Counted from the first letter of the stretch, positions 27,432 through 39,539 are shown. The stretch is DNA of 64,000 nucleotides from Octopus vulgaris (GCA_951406725.2 OX597824.1:992001-1056000); one strand, 5' to 3'. Notes: generated by a model not told the origin, from the letters alone. Program-made: numbers and translations.

Positions 27432-27843
27432 AGGCGCAGGAGTGGCTGTGTGGTAAGTAGCTTTCTAACCAACCACATGGTTCCGGGTTCAGTTCCACTG
27501 CGTGGCATCTTGGGCAAGTGTCTTCTGCTATAGCCTCGGGCCGACCAATGCCTTGTGAGTGGATTTGGTAGACGGAAACTGAAAGAAGCCTGTCGTATAT
27601 ATGTACATATATATATGTGTGTGTGTGTGTGTGTTTGTTTATCTATGTTTGTCCCCCTAGCATTGCTTCACAACCAATGCTGGTGTGTTTACGTCTCCGT
27701 CACTTAGCGGATCGGCAAAAGAGACCGATAGAATAAGTACTGGGCTTACAAAGAATAAGTCCCGGGGTCGATTTGCTCGACTAAAGGCGGTGCTCCAGCA
27801 TGGCCGCAGTCAAATGACTGAAACAAGTAAAAGAGTAAAAGAG
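27432..27843 (+). mobile_element. CORE-type SINE, family B (full length)
   Basis: AGGCGCAGGAGTGGCTGTGTGGTAAG...GGTTCAGTTCC...TCTTGGGCAAGTGTCTT (CORE-like), internal (TG)n, tail GGCGGTGCTCCAGCATGGCCGCAGTC...(GTAAAAGA)2. Confidence 0.9.
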
Positions 27844-27927
27844 TATATATATTTATATATGTGAAATAAAATGAGACAGCAAATCCAAGGCTGTGTAGAA
27901 TTAAAGGACATTTATAAAGAGAAAAGT

Positions 27928-27977
27928 AGTCTTACAGCTGTTTCTGGGATATTAAAGATATCTCTTCATCAGAGTTA
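27928..27977 (-). ncRNA. hammerhead ribozyme motif
   Basis: Minus: CT-CTGATGA-aGAGATAT...ATATCCCa-GAAA-CAGCT-GTA-AG. Stem III is the perfect palindrome ACAGCTGT. Confidence 0.72.
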
Positions 27978-28193
27978 ACTAGAGGGAAATAGTAGAGTTC
28001 AGTAGAAGGAGTTATTTTGGAAAAGGATGGATATAGGGAGTATAAAGGGAAATAAGAGAATAAAATTAGAAGTAAAAATATATGTAGAATCCTCATATAT
28101 TATCAAACCGAGAGTCTAACTACGGCCCACCTATATATATATATATATATATATATAAATTAATCAAAATAAAAACATGATGCCAAGGATTCA

Positions 28194-28271
28194 GCGGTAC
28201 ATATGTTTCGGGTCTTTATTAGACGGATTTATAAAAATGCATAATGTGTGTCTATGGCCTTCTTCAGCCGC
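28194..28271 (-). ncRNA. hammerhead ribozyme motif
   Basis: Minus: GCGG-CTGAAGA-aggcc...gaccc-GAAA-CATAT-GTA-CCGC. Stem I GCGG/CCGC; stem III palindrome ACATATGT. Confidence 0.78.
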
Positions 28272-29490
28272 GCACAACTACTACCTCAAGGACATGTATT
28301 ACATCAAAAATTCTATGTGGGGGATGCAAATCCTCTCATTCGCGTACGACATAATGCGGCAACAGCATTTTTATATATAAATACATGTTATATTTGTGTG
28401 TTGTGTGTGTGTGTGTTGTGTGTTTGTATATTATGTGTGTGTGTATGTGTGTGTGGGGGGGGGGGGTCAGATATGTGTGTGTGAGTGTGTGGTGTGTGTG
28501 TGTGTGTGAGATGTGTGTGTGTGTGTGTGTGTATGTGTGTGTAGTATGTATGTATGGCCCGCATACACTCGTAGGCGCGCACGCGCGCGCGCACGGGCGG
28601 ACACGCATATATACACACACCATCCTACCCCAAAAAATTCTTTAAACAACACACATCTAGTTTCGCCACCCTGAAACCATTCAAAAACAGCCCCCACACA
28701 CACGCAGACGCTTGTATACGTGTGTGTGCACGCACACAGGGGCACGCACACTCACACTAGCCTCACCTCCATACAGGCACATATATACACACGCAGCACC
28801 ATGTCAAATGCCATCCAAACTCATGCATGCGTACACACGCACGCGCGCACGCGCACACACAACACCATGACAACCACACACACTTGACAAACAGACGCCA
28901 TCCGACCAAATACTACAGGCACACAGACACATCTACTCACACACACGCAGAGAGACAAACATACTCACCTCATGCTAACCCCAAAATCATTGATGCTTGA
29001 AGGAAAGCCATAAACAGAAAAAAACGGGTACATTTTTCTCAATTCAACATTTCTGCTAAAACGGACAGGTCAGTAAACAAACTCGCCTTGAATTCATAAT
29101 ATTCTGTACTGACCCTGAGATGTATAATATATTCATTTTAATTTTTTCTGCTAATTTTTTCTGCCAATTTTTCAAATATTCTCACCATACTGTTGTACTA
29201 TGTCCTTTTTACCAAAGACTGTATATATACATGTAATGTGACAATTTACAACAACCAATAATTAACGCAACCAAACTTCCAATAATATATTTGTTTTATT
29301 ATTTTCTGCCCATTTTTTCAAATATTCTCATCACACTGTTGAACTTATTTATGCCCTTAACATGTCCCTGTTACCAAAGACTATATATATACATGTAATG
29401 TGGCAATTATGTAAAAAAACTTTTTTGAATTCATAATATTCAATGTGGCAATTATGTAAAAAACTTTTTTGAATTCATAATATTCTATGT

Positions 29491-29533
29491 TACTTTTGAC
29501 AATCTTTTTCCAAAGAGTGAAACCGGTTAAGTA
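29491..29533 (+). ncRNA. inactivated hammerhead motif
   Basis: TACTT-TTGACAA-tcttt...aaagagt-GAAA-CCG-GTT-AAGTA. Stem I TACTT/AAGTA and palindrome ACCGGT are intact, but the core has two substitutions relative to CTGANGA. Confidence 0.55.
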
Positions 29534-29572
29534 AATAAACATCTTTTAAATTGCATTTTCAAACCTTCTTTC

Positions 29573-29638
<66 letters not shown>

Positions 29639-30084
29639 ATAAATCCATGCTCACATTCACACACACGCTCACATACATATACCTTTGTGTGTATGCATGT
29701 CAATATGACTTACTCAAAGTATATGTGTTGACATATGCTTCTAGCTGCGGCATTTCGTCTAAGACAGGTCTCTTCAAAGCTAGGCGAAGCCCAATCACCT
29801 CTAGAGTGCACAAAAACAACAAATATCGACACTTTGCAGTTTTTGCTGTTCATCAGTGAGCAGAAGAAAGGCAGAAGTGGAAAGAAATAATGTAAAATCT
29901 ATTTACTGATGTGTAAAAGCGCCGATCAAGTAGAATGAAGTTCAAAGTTTGTATTAGAAGGTGATTTAATTATATAAACGTTATCTATATCATATATACA
30001 AAGTATTTTGTTAAACGCTTGTAGGTGCGATATTTCGACTAAAGGAGTATTTTTATAGACGTATAATGTTAAATTACAGTGTAT

Positions 30085-30126
<42 letters not shown>

Positions 30127-30636
30127 TATACACATGTACGTACGCACACATACATATCAGTTTGATCTTTTCAAAATGAACCAAGTTCAGAAGCTTTTCT
30201 TGTCAGTCATCAACCACCACTACAACCACCATAGCAACAACAAGAGATAAGAGCAGAATTCAATATAGAATCGGCAAAGTTTGAAAAAGATGAGACGTTG
30301 ATAAATTATACGGATGTTATAAAATACAAAAGTAAATATTTCTTGAAGCATGATATATTTTCTCTGTTAAAAACTTTATAAAGTTCCAATCAAGATTTTT
30401 CTTTATCGTGAAAACATCACAAATTATTAATGTTGTCTCATTCTAGGCGTGATACACAGATACGTCTGCAGAAGTCTATACCCACGAGAGAAAGAGAGCG
30501 AGAGAAAGAGAGGGGGGGGGGGAAAGGGGGCGGAGGAGAAAAATCAAGATTTCGATCTGGTAATTGCACAAGTCAACAATTATGTAAGAAATTGATGAGG
30601 TGCATTAAGTATTTTATAGTGCGTACAAAGAGACAT

Positions 30637-30696
<60 letters not shown>

Positions 30697-30721
30697 TAGA
30701 TATACGTATACATATATGCAT

Positions 30722-30755
<34 letters not shown>

Positions 30756-30938
30756 CTGGATTCTTTCAGTTCCCGCCCACCATATCCACCCATAACAATT
30801 TGAACTGCAGTAGGACACACACATGCCCAAGGTGCCACACAATGGGACCGAACGCATAGTTGGGAAGCAAGCTTCTTACCACGGAACCACGCCTGCGCCT
30901 ACATACATAATACATGCATGCATACGTACGTACATACA

Positions 30939-30981
<43 letters not shown>

Positions 30982-31003
30982 CATATACATATATACATAC
31001 ACA

Positions 31004-31034
<31 letters not shown>

Positions 31035-31227
31035 TCTTTTATTCTTTTAGTCTTTTACTTGTTTTAGTCATTTGACTGCAGCCATGCTGGAGCATCGCCT
31101 TTAGTCGAGTACATCGACCCTAGGACTTGTTCTTTGTAAGCCTAGTACTTATTATATCGGTCTCTTACACCGAATCGCCAAGTTACACGTAAACACACAA
31201 ACATATACACACGCATACATACATACA

Positions 31228-31259
<32 letters not shown>

Positions 31260-31413
31260 CGACTAGCTTCTTTCAGTTTCCCGCTACCAAACCCACTCAC
31301 AATGGTTTGGTTGGCCCGAGGGTATATAGTAGAAGATACTTGCTCAAGGTCCCACTCAGTGGGACTGAACCCGGAACCATGTGGTTGGTAAGCAAGCTAC
31401 TTACCATACAGCC
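31035..31413 (-). mobile_element. CORE-type SINE, family B
   Basis: Reverse complement of the 27432 family; a 5' half copy also lies at 30750-30900. Confidence 0.85.
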
Positions 31414-31780
31414 AACATGCATGTATATATAAATATTTGGTGATATATTTGTGTTTACACATACACACACACAGTCCTCTAAATTTTGTATGTAAAAAAT
31501 TTTTAATCTTCGGATTTAAAAAAAAATATGCTAGGCCACTGGTTTTAATTGATTAATATCAATTTCTACCCTTATTTAATTTTAAATAAAAAAAATGTTC
31601 TCTAACCGGTAAATTGACTTCTGTAGTTTATTAACTGCAGAGTAATTTCCGAGCTGAGCGCGCCAAAGTGAAGGCATTTGAAAGATACACATTAATATAA
31701 TTTGTGGAACTTTAAACATACTGGATTTCGGTCGAGCGCCCTGTATCTAGTTTTGGGAATTATGTTTGGTAAACGACAGA

Positions 31781-31855
31781 CTATTCTGATGAACTTGCAG
31801 ATGTTTGCGTATCCATATACGTAAATATTAACAAGCGAAACTAATTAGTACATAG
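31781..31855 (+). ncRNA. hammerhead ribozyme motif with extended stem II
   Basis: CTATt-CTGATGA-aCTTG...CAAGc-GAAA-CTAATTA-GTA-cATAG. Stem III palindrome ACTAATTAGT; inner stem II hairpin ATGTTTGCGTA/TACGTAAATAT. Confidence 0.8.
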
Positions 31856-32225
31856 GTAATCGTTTTTTTATTTCGTATATTTTCATTTGTCTTGTTTATT
31901 TTTACACTTTAGTTTTTTGGTGAATTTTTTCTTGAGAACACATTCTTTGTGGAAAATGGCGATTTTGACGTCTATATCTAGCATACAGGCTGTTCATTTT
32001 TTAGTGGTCAGTTCTCTAAATGTTGTATATCTGCAAGGATTTTAAACTCCCCTTTTCCTGTCCGAAATGGTCGGGACTGCTGGTACTTGACTGATGGAAG
32101 AAAGCCAAGAATGACTCATTTTTTGTCTGATCTTCTAATTGCTGTTTCTCTTGTCTGCCTTTATGTCGTCTATCTGTCCGAACGTTTAAATGCCCTCTAT
32201 TGCGTTTTTGTTCCATTCACATATA

Positions 32226-32693
32226 CGAGGGGCGTTCAATAAGTAATGCCCCTGACTCACTTCCCATAGCAGTAGAGCAACGAAACTTGGCACAGTTATT
32301 AGTCTTTTTCTACATAGGAACCACCCAGAGTTACGCATTTCTCCCATCGTTTGATGCGGCTCTAGAGACCGTTTTTTTAGAAGAACCCAGTTTGGTCCTC
32401 CAACCTCAACGTGACTTCAGAAATCAAGGCTGCATCATCTGGGAAACGCTTTCCTTTCAAAAACAACTTCATGATTGGGAAGAGGTGAAAATCAGAGGGT
32501 GCAAGGTCAGGAAAGTAGGAGGGGATGGGGAGGAGTTCATAGCTGCACGCCTGTGCTTCTGATCTGGCGACACGCGAGTTGTGGACCGGAGCGTTGTCCT
32601 GCAGGAGGAGGATGCCTTTGCTGATCTTGCCCCGCCTCTTGATTTTGATAACTTCTCTTAATTTCCTCAAAAGTGAAGCATAATAGGCTCCTG
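32226..32693 (-). mobile_element. mariner transposon, 3' half
   Basis: TA-CGAGGGGCGTTCAATAAGTAATG TIR; ORF 32377..32670 has LLQDNAPVH and YFPDLAPSDFHLF (mariner catalytic motifs). Truncated at the tandem array. Confidence 0.92.
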
Positions 32694-33175
32694 TTTGGAA
32701 ACACTAAAAAGAAGGAACTTTACCTATCGGCGAACTTGTCGCTTCAGATGAACCAGCTCCAACTGCTAGTGCCAACAAATTCAAAATGCGCAGGCGTAAA
32801 TTTCTGCACTCCTTTTCCACCCACGTAGTCTATCTAGCAAACATTATATTTTAACCGCGAGAACCGAGGCAGTATGACAGAGAGAAATGAATTATAATAT
32901 CAACAATTGAGGGTAAAATTAATTAATCAATTTCACCAAGTGTTCAGTATGTAAAAGGACAATTTAAGGCGAATTCAAAATATTACATTATATAATTAGG
33001 GCTTAGTAAAATAAATTACTTTGCCACATACTGAACTTAGTAGAAATAGCAGCCTAAAAAATTTTTTTAGCCATTCCTACTACTTAAAGAAAATTTCTCT
33101 CAGATAATGTTTACTCCAGACAGCTCACGAAGGTTTGGAGGTAAATACAGAAAAATATCACAAGTACATAGATCG

Positions 33176-33238
33176 TTTGAGTACGTCAACGTTTCAAGAT
33201 TAGCCAAATAAAATCAGCATTTCTTTCGTCAGCTCAAA
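33176..33238 (-). ncRNA. type I hammerhead ribozyme (array copy 1)
   Basis: Minus: TTTGAG-CTGACGA-AAGA...TCTT-GAAA-CGT TG AC-GTA-CTCAAA. 6-bp stem I, intact core, GUA cleavage triplet. Confidence 0.9.
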
Positions 33239-33735
33239 ATTTCTTAATTTGGATTTGGAAACACTAAAAAGAAGGAACTTTACCTATCGGCGAACTTGTC
33301 GCTTCAGATGAACCAGCTCCAACTGCCAGTGCCAACAAATTCAAAATGCGCAGGCGTAAATTTCTGCACTCCTTTTCCACCCACGTAGTCTATCTAGCAA
33401 ACATTATATTTTAACCGCGAGAACCGAGGCAGTATGACAGAGAGAAATGAATTATAATATCAACAATTGAGGGTAAAATTAATTAATCAATTTCACCAAG
33501 TGTTCAGTATGTAAAAGGACCATTTAAGGCGAATTCAAAATATTACATTATATAATTAGGGCTTAGTAAAATAAATTACTTTGCCACATACTGAACTTAG
33601 TAGAAATAGCAGCCAAAAAAATTTTTTTAGCCATTCCTACTACTTAAAGAAAATTTCTCTCAGATAATGTTTACTCCAGACAGCTCACGAAGGTTTGGAG
33701 GTAAATACAGAAAAATATCACAAGTACATAGATCG

Positions 33736-33798
33736 TTTGAGTACGTCAACGTTTCAAGATTAGCCAAATAAAATCAGCATTTCTTTCGTCAGCTCAAA
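33736..33798 (-). ncRNA. type I hammerhead ribozyme (array copy 2)
   Basis: Identical to copy 1. Confidence 0.9.
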
Positions 33799-34296
33799 AT
33801 TTCTTAATTTGGATTTGGAAACACTAAAAAGAAGGAACTTTACCTATCGGCGAACTTGTCGCTTCAGATGAACCAGCTCCAACTGCCAGTGCCAACAAAT
33901 TCAAAATGCGCAGGCGTAAATTTCTGCACTCCTTTTCCACCCACGTAGTCTATCTAGCAAAAATTATATTTTAACCGCGAGAACCGAGGCAGTATGACAG
34001 AGAGAAATGAATTATAATTTCAACAATTGAGGGTAAAATTAATTAATCAATTTCACCAAGTGTTCAGTATGTAAAAGGACCATTTAAGGCGAATTCAAAA
34101 TATTACATTATATAATTAGGGCTTAGTAAAATAAATTACTTTGCCACATACTGAACTTAGTAGAAATAGCAGCCATAAAAAAATTTTTTAGCCATTCCTA
34201 CTACTTAAAGAAAATTTCTCTCAGATAATGTTTACTCCAGACAGCTCACGAAGGTTTGGAGGTAAATACAGAAAAATATCACAAGTACATAGATCG

Positions 34297-34359
34297 TTTG
34301 AGTACGTCAACGTTTCAAGATTAGCCAAATAAAATCAGCATTTCTTTCGTCAGCTCAAA
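34297..34359 (-). ncRNA. type I hammerhead ribozyme (array copy 3)
   Basis: Identical to copy 1. Confidence 0.9.
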
Positions 34360-34579
34360 ATTTCTTAATTTGGATTTGGAAACACTAAAAAGAAGGAACT
34401 TTACCTATCGGCGAACTTGTCGCTTCAGATGAACCAGCTCCAACTGCCAGTGCCAACAAATTCAAAATGTGCAGGCGTAAATTTCTGCACTCCTTTTCCA
34501 CCCACGTAGTCTATCTAGCAAACATTATATTTTAACCGCGAGAACCGAGGCAGTATGACAGAGAGAAATATATATATAC

Positions 34580-34624
<45 letters not shown>

Positions 34625-34727
34625 GTTAATCCAAACATGAAAACACAAAGAGAAAATACAACAACGCGAGGACGTGGAGCAAGTATAGTATTATATTGGA
34701 CGCTCAGGAAAGAAGGAAAGAAGGAGG

Positions 34728-34762
34728 GTTTAACTTTTCGAGCGGAGCTCTTCGTCAGAAAC
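34728..34762 (-). ncRNA. minimal hammerhead motif (stem III mutated)
   Basis: Minus: GTTT-CTGACGA-aGAGC TCC GCTC-GAAA-a-GTT-AAAC. Stems I and II are perfect; C15.2 appears as A. Confidence 0.72.
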
Positions 34763-35908
34763 ATAGGAAAAGGAAAGATCCAAAGAAGGTAAGATATATA
34801 TATTTACGAGTATACATATATATGTTCAATGGCTAATAAGAGAGGAACGATATTTTATGCTATAAGGAAAACTGGTCCTTCTGAAATTTTGGTCCAAATA
34901 TAAGGAAGCTAATTACCCATGCCGGAAGGAATTTTGTTTTGGTAAATGATATTGGAATATGAGTAAAAGAAACAATATATAAATATACAATTTCATTAGA
35001 AATATTACTGAAAGATGAAAAGCAGGTCTGTTTCCGCTTGTTGCTTTTGGTATTTGTTTATGCACGGATAGGTTTTATGCTTTCGTGTGTATCGATCTAT
35101 TTATTTACTTTGATATGTTTGCTACGTATTCTCGATTATTCGTGTGTGCGTGTGCGTATGTATGTGTGTGTGTAGTTGTGTATGTGTGTAGTTGTGCGTA
35201 TGTGTGCTTGTGTATATGCACGTCTGTGGAGAGTATGTTTCCATTTGTGTCCAAACGAACAGCATCTTAGGCGGTTTTGTTTCGTTATCTTTCCCAAGAA
35301 TCATGAAATGTTAACAGTGGTTCTAAAGAATTGCAAAAGTAGCGTGTGCATTTATTTATCTGCAAATATCATTTCTTAGCTGATGTCTATATATAAACAC
35401 CATTAAGACGTCATATCGTCGTATGAATAATGGTACAGTAACAACGATAATATGTTATTGTATATAATAAAGTCTCTACTTGTTCCGAGTTCAAATGACG
35501 ATAAATGCACATGTTATCCACTTCGGAACGATAACATAAATTGACACATATTCTTTTTCAATCAGCTGTATTCTTCATTCAAATTTTGTGGCCTTCTTTC
35601 ACTATTATAAATCGATTTCTATAATATCAATAGTACGGTGCCATTTGTTAAGTACCGGCTTTGCTTTTTTCCGCTGTTGACTCGAGCATATATTTCCACG
35701 TGCCTTAGGCAAATGAGGTGGCGCAGTCTTTACAACACTGGTTTGTTTTGCATGGAACTTTATGCCCGCATCTTTGGGTTCCTACCGAGGGCAACTGGGT
35801 TTTTTTCCCTGTTGGGATCCTTAAAGAAAATATCAGTCCATTACTGTAATCGAATCTTTTTCTCTCTATCTGCCCGTCTCTGTCTGTCTGTCTCTCTCTG
35901 TCTCTGTC

Positions 35909-35959
<51 letters not shown>

Positions 35960-35980
35960 ACCACTATCTTTCTCTTCCAG

Positions 35981-36082
35981 AGAAACCGGCTGGTGTCAGC
36001 CCTGCAGATGCCTAGGTTCAACCAACTTTAAAATGCCCTCGGACACGGTGTTCCAGTCACAATCGCAAGTTGGGAGCTCAAG
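35981..36082 (+). CDS. candidate internal or first-coding exon of an unidentified host gene
   Basis: (CT)n tract plus TCTCTTCCAG acceptor and AAG|GTAAGG donor; 102 bp; one open frame ETGWCQPCRCLGSTNFKMPSDTVFQSQSQVGSS, with an ATG in AAAATG context. No homology recognised. Confidence 0.45.
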
Positions 36083-36192
36083 GTAAGGCAAAACAAAAGA
36101 AAGCGTAAAATGGAACGCGGATCAGTTCGATTGACGGTACCTCTCTCCTTTAAAAAACTCGCTTCGTTCACATATCTGCAAACCTGTGGCTA

Positions 36193-36232
<40 letters not shown>

Positions 36233-36669
36233 ATTGCATTAAAAGCATCGTATCTTTCTAACCGGGGAAGGTTCAGTCATTCACCTGCACGCAACAACCC
36301 CTACTTTACAGAGCCATTCTTCAAATTGATGAGGCAGTCTTCAAGGAAATCCAATAATCCAACAACTGAATTTGGAATCTCTTTGCTGGTCCTGCAAGAA
36401 ATAGAAACTAAATATCCTTGAAACAGTATGTTACCGTCTTCAAATTCTTGATATAAAAAAGAGACAGGGTAGTCATAGCTGGAATGTCTTTGAGAATATC
36501 GGCTGGGGTCGCAGCTGGTAACAAAAGTATCACTGGTAGTTTTCTTGTTGCTGACAAAATCCAGGATTGAAACTTAGAATCCACCGCACGCGCTACATTC
36601 CATTCCAACGCACGAAGAATTCCGATACTTTCACCTCTGGAATGACAACTCATTTAATCTTTCTTTCCT

Positions 36670-36730
<61 letters not shown>

Positions 36731-37074
36731 TTTCTTTCTGATTTGCGTACTGAACTTCTGATAGAGTCGAAGGGAGGGGCGAAGGGCGGGGTTGGAACAT
36801 TTTAAAATTGACAGAATCTCTCTTTCTCCGGGTCTGAATGTGGTCAATTTCTTTCAATGAGAAAGAGAGACGAGGGTGAGGGAGAAAGTGAGTGAATAGG
36901 CGAGGGACTGATCGGATGAACAACTGGTTGAATGAGTCAGCGAATGAGTTTGTGAGGCTGAATGAATGATTAAGTGAGAGGGCGAATGATGGATGAGATG
37001 CGTCCACTCCTGGCCCGGACCTTTCACACTTCCTCGATACGGAAACGATGGAAATCAAAGTCATCCTCGTCGGT

Positions 37075-37590
37075 GAAGATGAAGAAGAAGAAGGAGACGA
37101 AAAAGAAGATGAAGAACTAGACGAAGAAAGTAAAAGAAAGCGAAGGAGAGAAAGAAGAACAAGAAGGAAGAGAAGGAGGAGCAGAAGAAGAAGGAGAAAA
37201 AGAAAAGGAAGAAGAAGAAAAAGAAGAAAAGAAGGAGGAGAAGAAAAAGAAGATGAAGAACTAGACGAAGAATGTAAAAGAAAGCGAAGGAGAGAAAGAA
37301 GAACACGAAGGAAGAGAAGGAGGAGCAGAAGAAGAAGGAGAAAAAGAAAAAGGAAGAAGAAAAAGAAGATGAAAAAGGAGGGGAAGAAAAAGAAGATGAA
37401 AAAGGAGAAGGGGGAGAATGTGGGATGGGAAAACGTGAAGAATGAAATGGAAAAATGAAAGCAGAAAAAGTATATACGCATACAGAGAGAGGGAGAGAGA
37501 GAGTGGAAGAGAGGGAGAGGCAGAGAGAGGGAGAGAGGAGGGGAAGAGACGGAGAAGCATAGAGAGAGAGGGGGAGGGAGAGAGAGATGG
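37075..37590. repeat. purine-rich low-complexity tract with ~120-bp tandem duplication
   Basis: GAAGATGAAGAACTAGACGAAGAA occurs at about 37105 and 37249; explains the E/K/R-rich ORFs. Confidence 0.85.
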
Positions 37591-38259
37591 GTATGAGTGA
37601 TAGAGAAACTGTTAGAAAGTATGAATAGCTTAACGAATATTATTAAATAACACTGAACTCTTTCCTTTGGGGAGATATAATAAGATTTTTGAGTTATTTT
37701 AATAAACATGTTTAGTTAAAACCCAAACTTGATTTAGAAGGTTTCAAAAATTTAAATGAAACGCAAGTTTACTCAAGAAACTTAAGAATGGTGGTGGATC
37801 TCCGTCGGTTCACAATGAGGATTCAGTTGTTTAATGTCCTCAATGGTCTGCTTTTGAATTCAATGTAAAAGAAGCTGAACATTTCACAAACACGAGTACT
37901 TTTTTAGCATTACTCTAGATTAAGATCAGCGTGATACAGGGTGCGACAGAGCTGTACCATTCGAAATCTAGGCACAATCCACCAGATGCGCTTCTGTACA
38001 GTTTCCGTCTACATAATTTCACTTATAAGCTATGGATCAAATCGAGGCTATAGAAAAGGACATTTGTTTAAGATACTACGCAGTGTGGTCGAACCCGGGA
38101 CCTCGCGCTTGCAAAGCGAACTTCTTAACTATTCAGCCATATTATATATATATTGATATTTCGCTTTGGCACAGCGAGCCATCAACAAACTTTCTCACTC
38201 GTGACGCCTTCATGTTCTGAAAATGTAACTTGCCCAGGTAAAGCAAACATCATATTCAA

Positions 38260-38340
38260 AGCTCTGATGAAGCTATACGATGTTATCCTAGTACTCAACT
38301 AAGAGTCCACCACACCTTATAAAAGAAACAGCTGTAAGCT
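38260..38340 (+). ncRNA. hammerhead ribozyme motif (long, decayed stem II)
   Basis: AGCT-CTGATGA-agctata...tataaaa-GAAA-CAGCT-GTA-AGCT. Stem I AGCT/AGCT; stem III ACAGCTGT. Confidence 0.72.
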
Positions 38341-39068
38341 AAGGAAGCTCATTACATAACATTAGGTTTTCTGGTGTCATCACTTTCTTTCTTTCTTTAT
38401 ATATATATAATATACACATATATATATATACATATATGTAAGTGTGTAAATGTATATAGACACAAAACACACACATACATAAACACACACGCACAAGCAA
38501 TATGGAGAGTGAATATTTGTATCCTGGCGACGTACTATTTTACTAAGAGATACTTTAAATGGTAAAATAAATATGTTAAACTATCCGACTTTATTTATTT
38601 TAATGCTTATTTTATCATAATATATTTTATTTTATATATTATTATTTTTTCTCTATAATTTTTATTAAATTTGTTACTTTAAGCAAATTTGTCACGTTTG
38701 GTTGATTTCTTTTCTTTCTTCCTCAGGTAAATAAAACTTCAGTTACATAAACCTCTCTAACTCACTGCAACGCTGTCTCACTTACTATTTCTCTTACCAC
38801 ACGAATACACACACACACACACACACATACACACAAAGACATACATACACACACACTTAGGTATGTGTGTATGTGCTTCTTTGAATATGAATATATATAT
38901 GTTTGTACATACATACACACACATGTATTCATGTATGCATCAATGTTCGCGTATGTATATATGTGTATGTATATAAATGTGTGTGTGTGTGCGCGTGCAT
39001 TTATGTGTATATATATATTTATATATGCCTGCAATCATGTCATCAATATTTGTACAATATCCATCCAT

Positions 39069-39323
<255 letters not shown>

Positions 39324-39390
39324 CATATTTGTATACATGTGTATGTCTTGCTTTGTGGTCAGAAGTCTGCTTCCCAACCCATCAACACCT

Positions 39391-39524
39391 CTATCACATC
39401 ACTGACTCTTTCACCGGTGCCTAATGGCATCTACTGCTTTCTCTGTCCTTCCCTATATATTGGTCAAACAGGACGCCGCTTGTCCGACCGGTTCACTGAA
39501 AACCTCCAGGACATCAGACTAGGA
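39391..39524 (+). pseudogene. Penelope-like GIY-YIG endonuclease fragment
   Basis: Translates as [32 protein letters not shown], matching the GIY...YIGQT.R.L..R pattern of Penelope-like elements. Confidence 0.8.
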
Positions 39525-39539
39525 ATAACGTCCCGCTTT

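Larger units (their letters stand above)
32694..34569 (-). repeat. tandem array of 560/561-bp units (about 3.35 copies), each full unit with a hammerhead ribozyme
   Basis: GGAAACACTAAAAAGAAGG recurs at 32697, 33257, 33817 and 34378; only a handful of differences between copies; no ORF. Confidence 0.97.

Noticed and set aside
32694-34569. CRISPR array or coding tandem repeat
   Set aside because: Units are 560 bp with no unique spacers and no ORF; eukaryotic context.
36654-37709. 351-aa and 136-aa ORFs
   Set aside because: Purine/pyrimidine low-complexity tract, not a credible gene.
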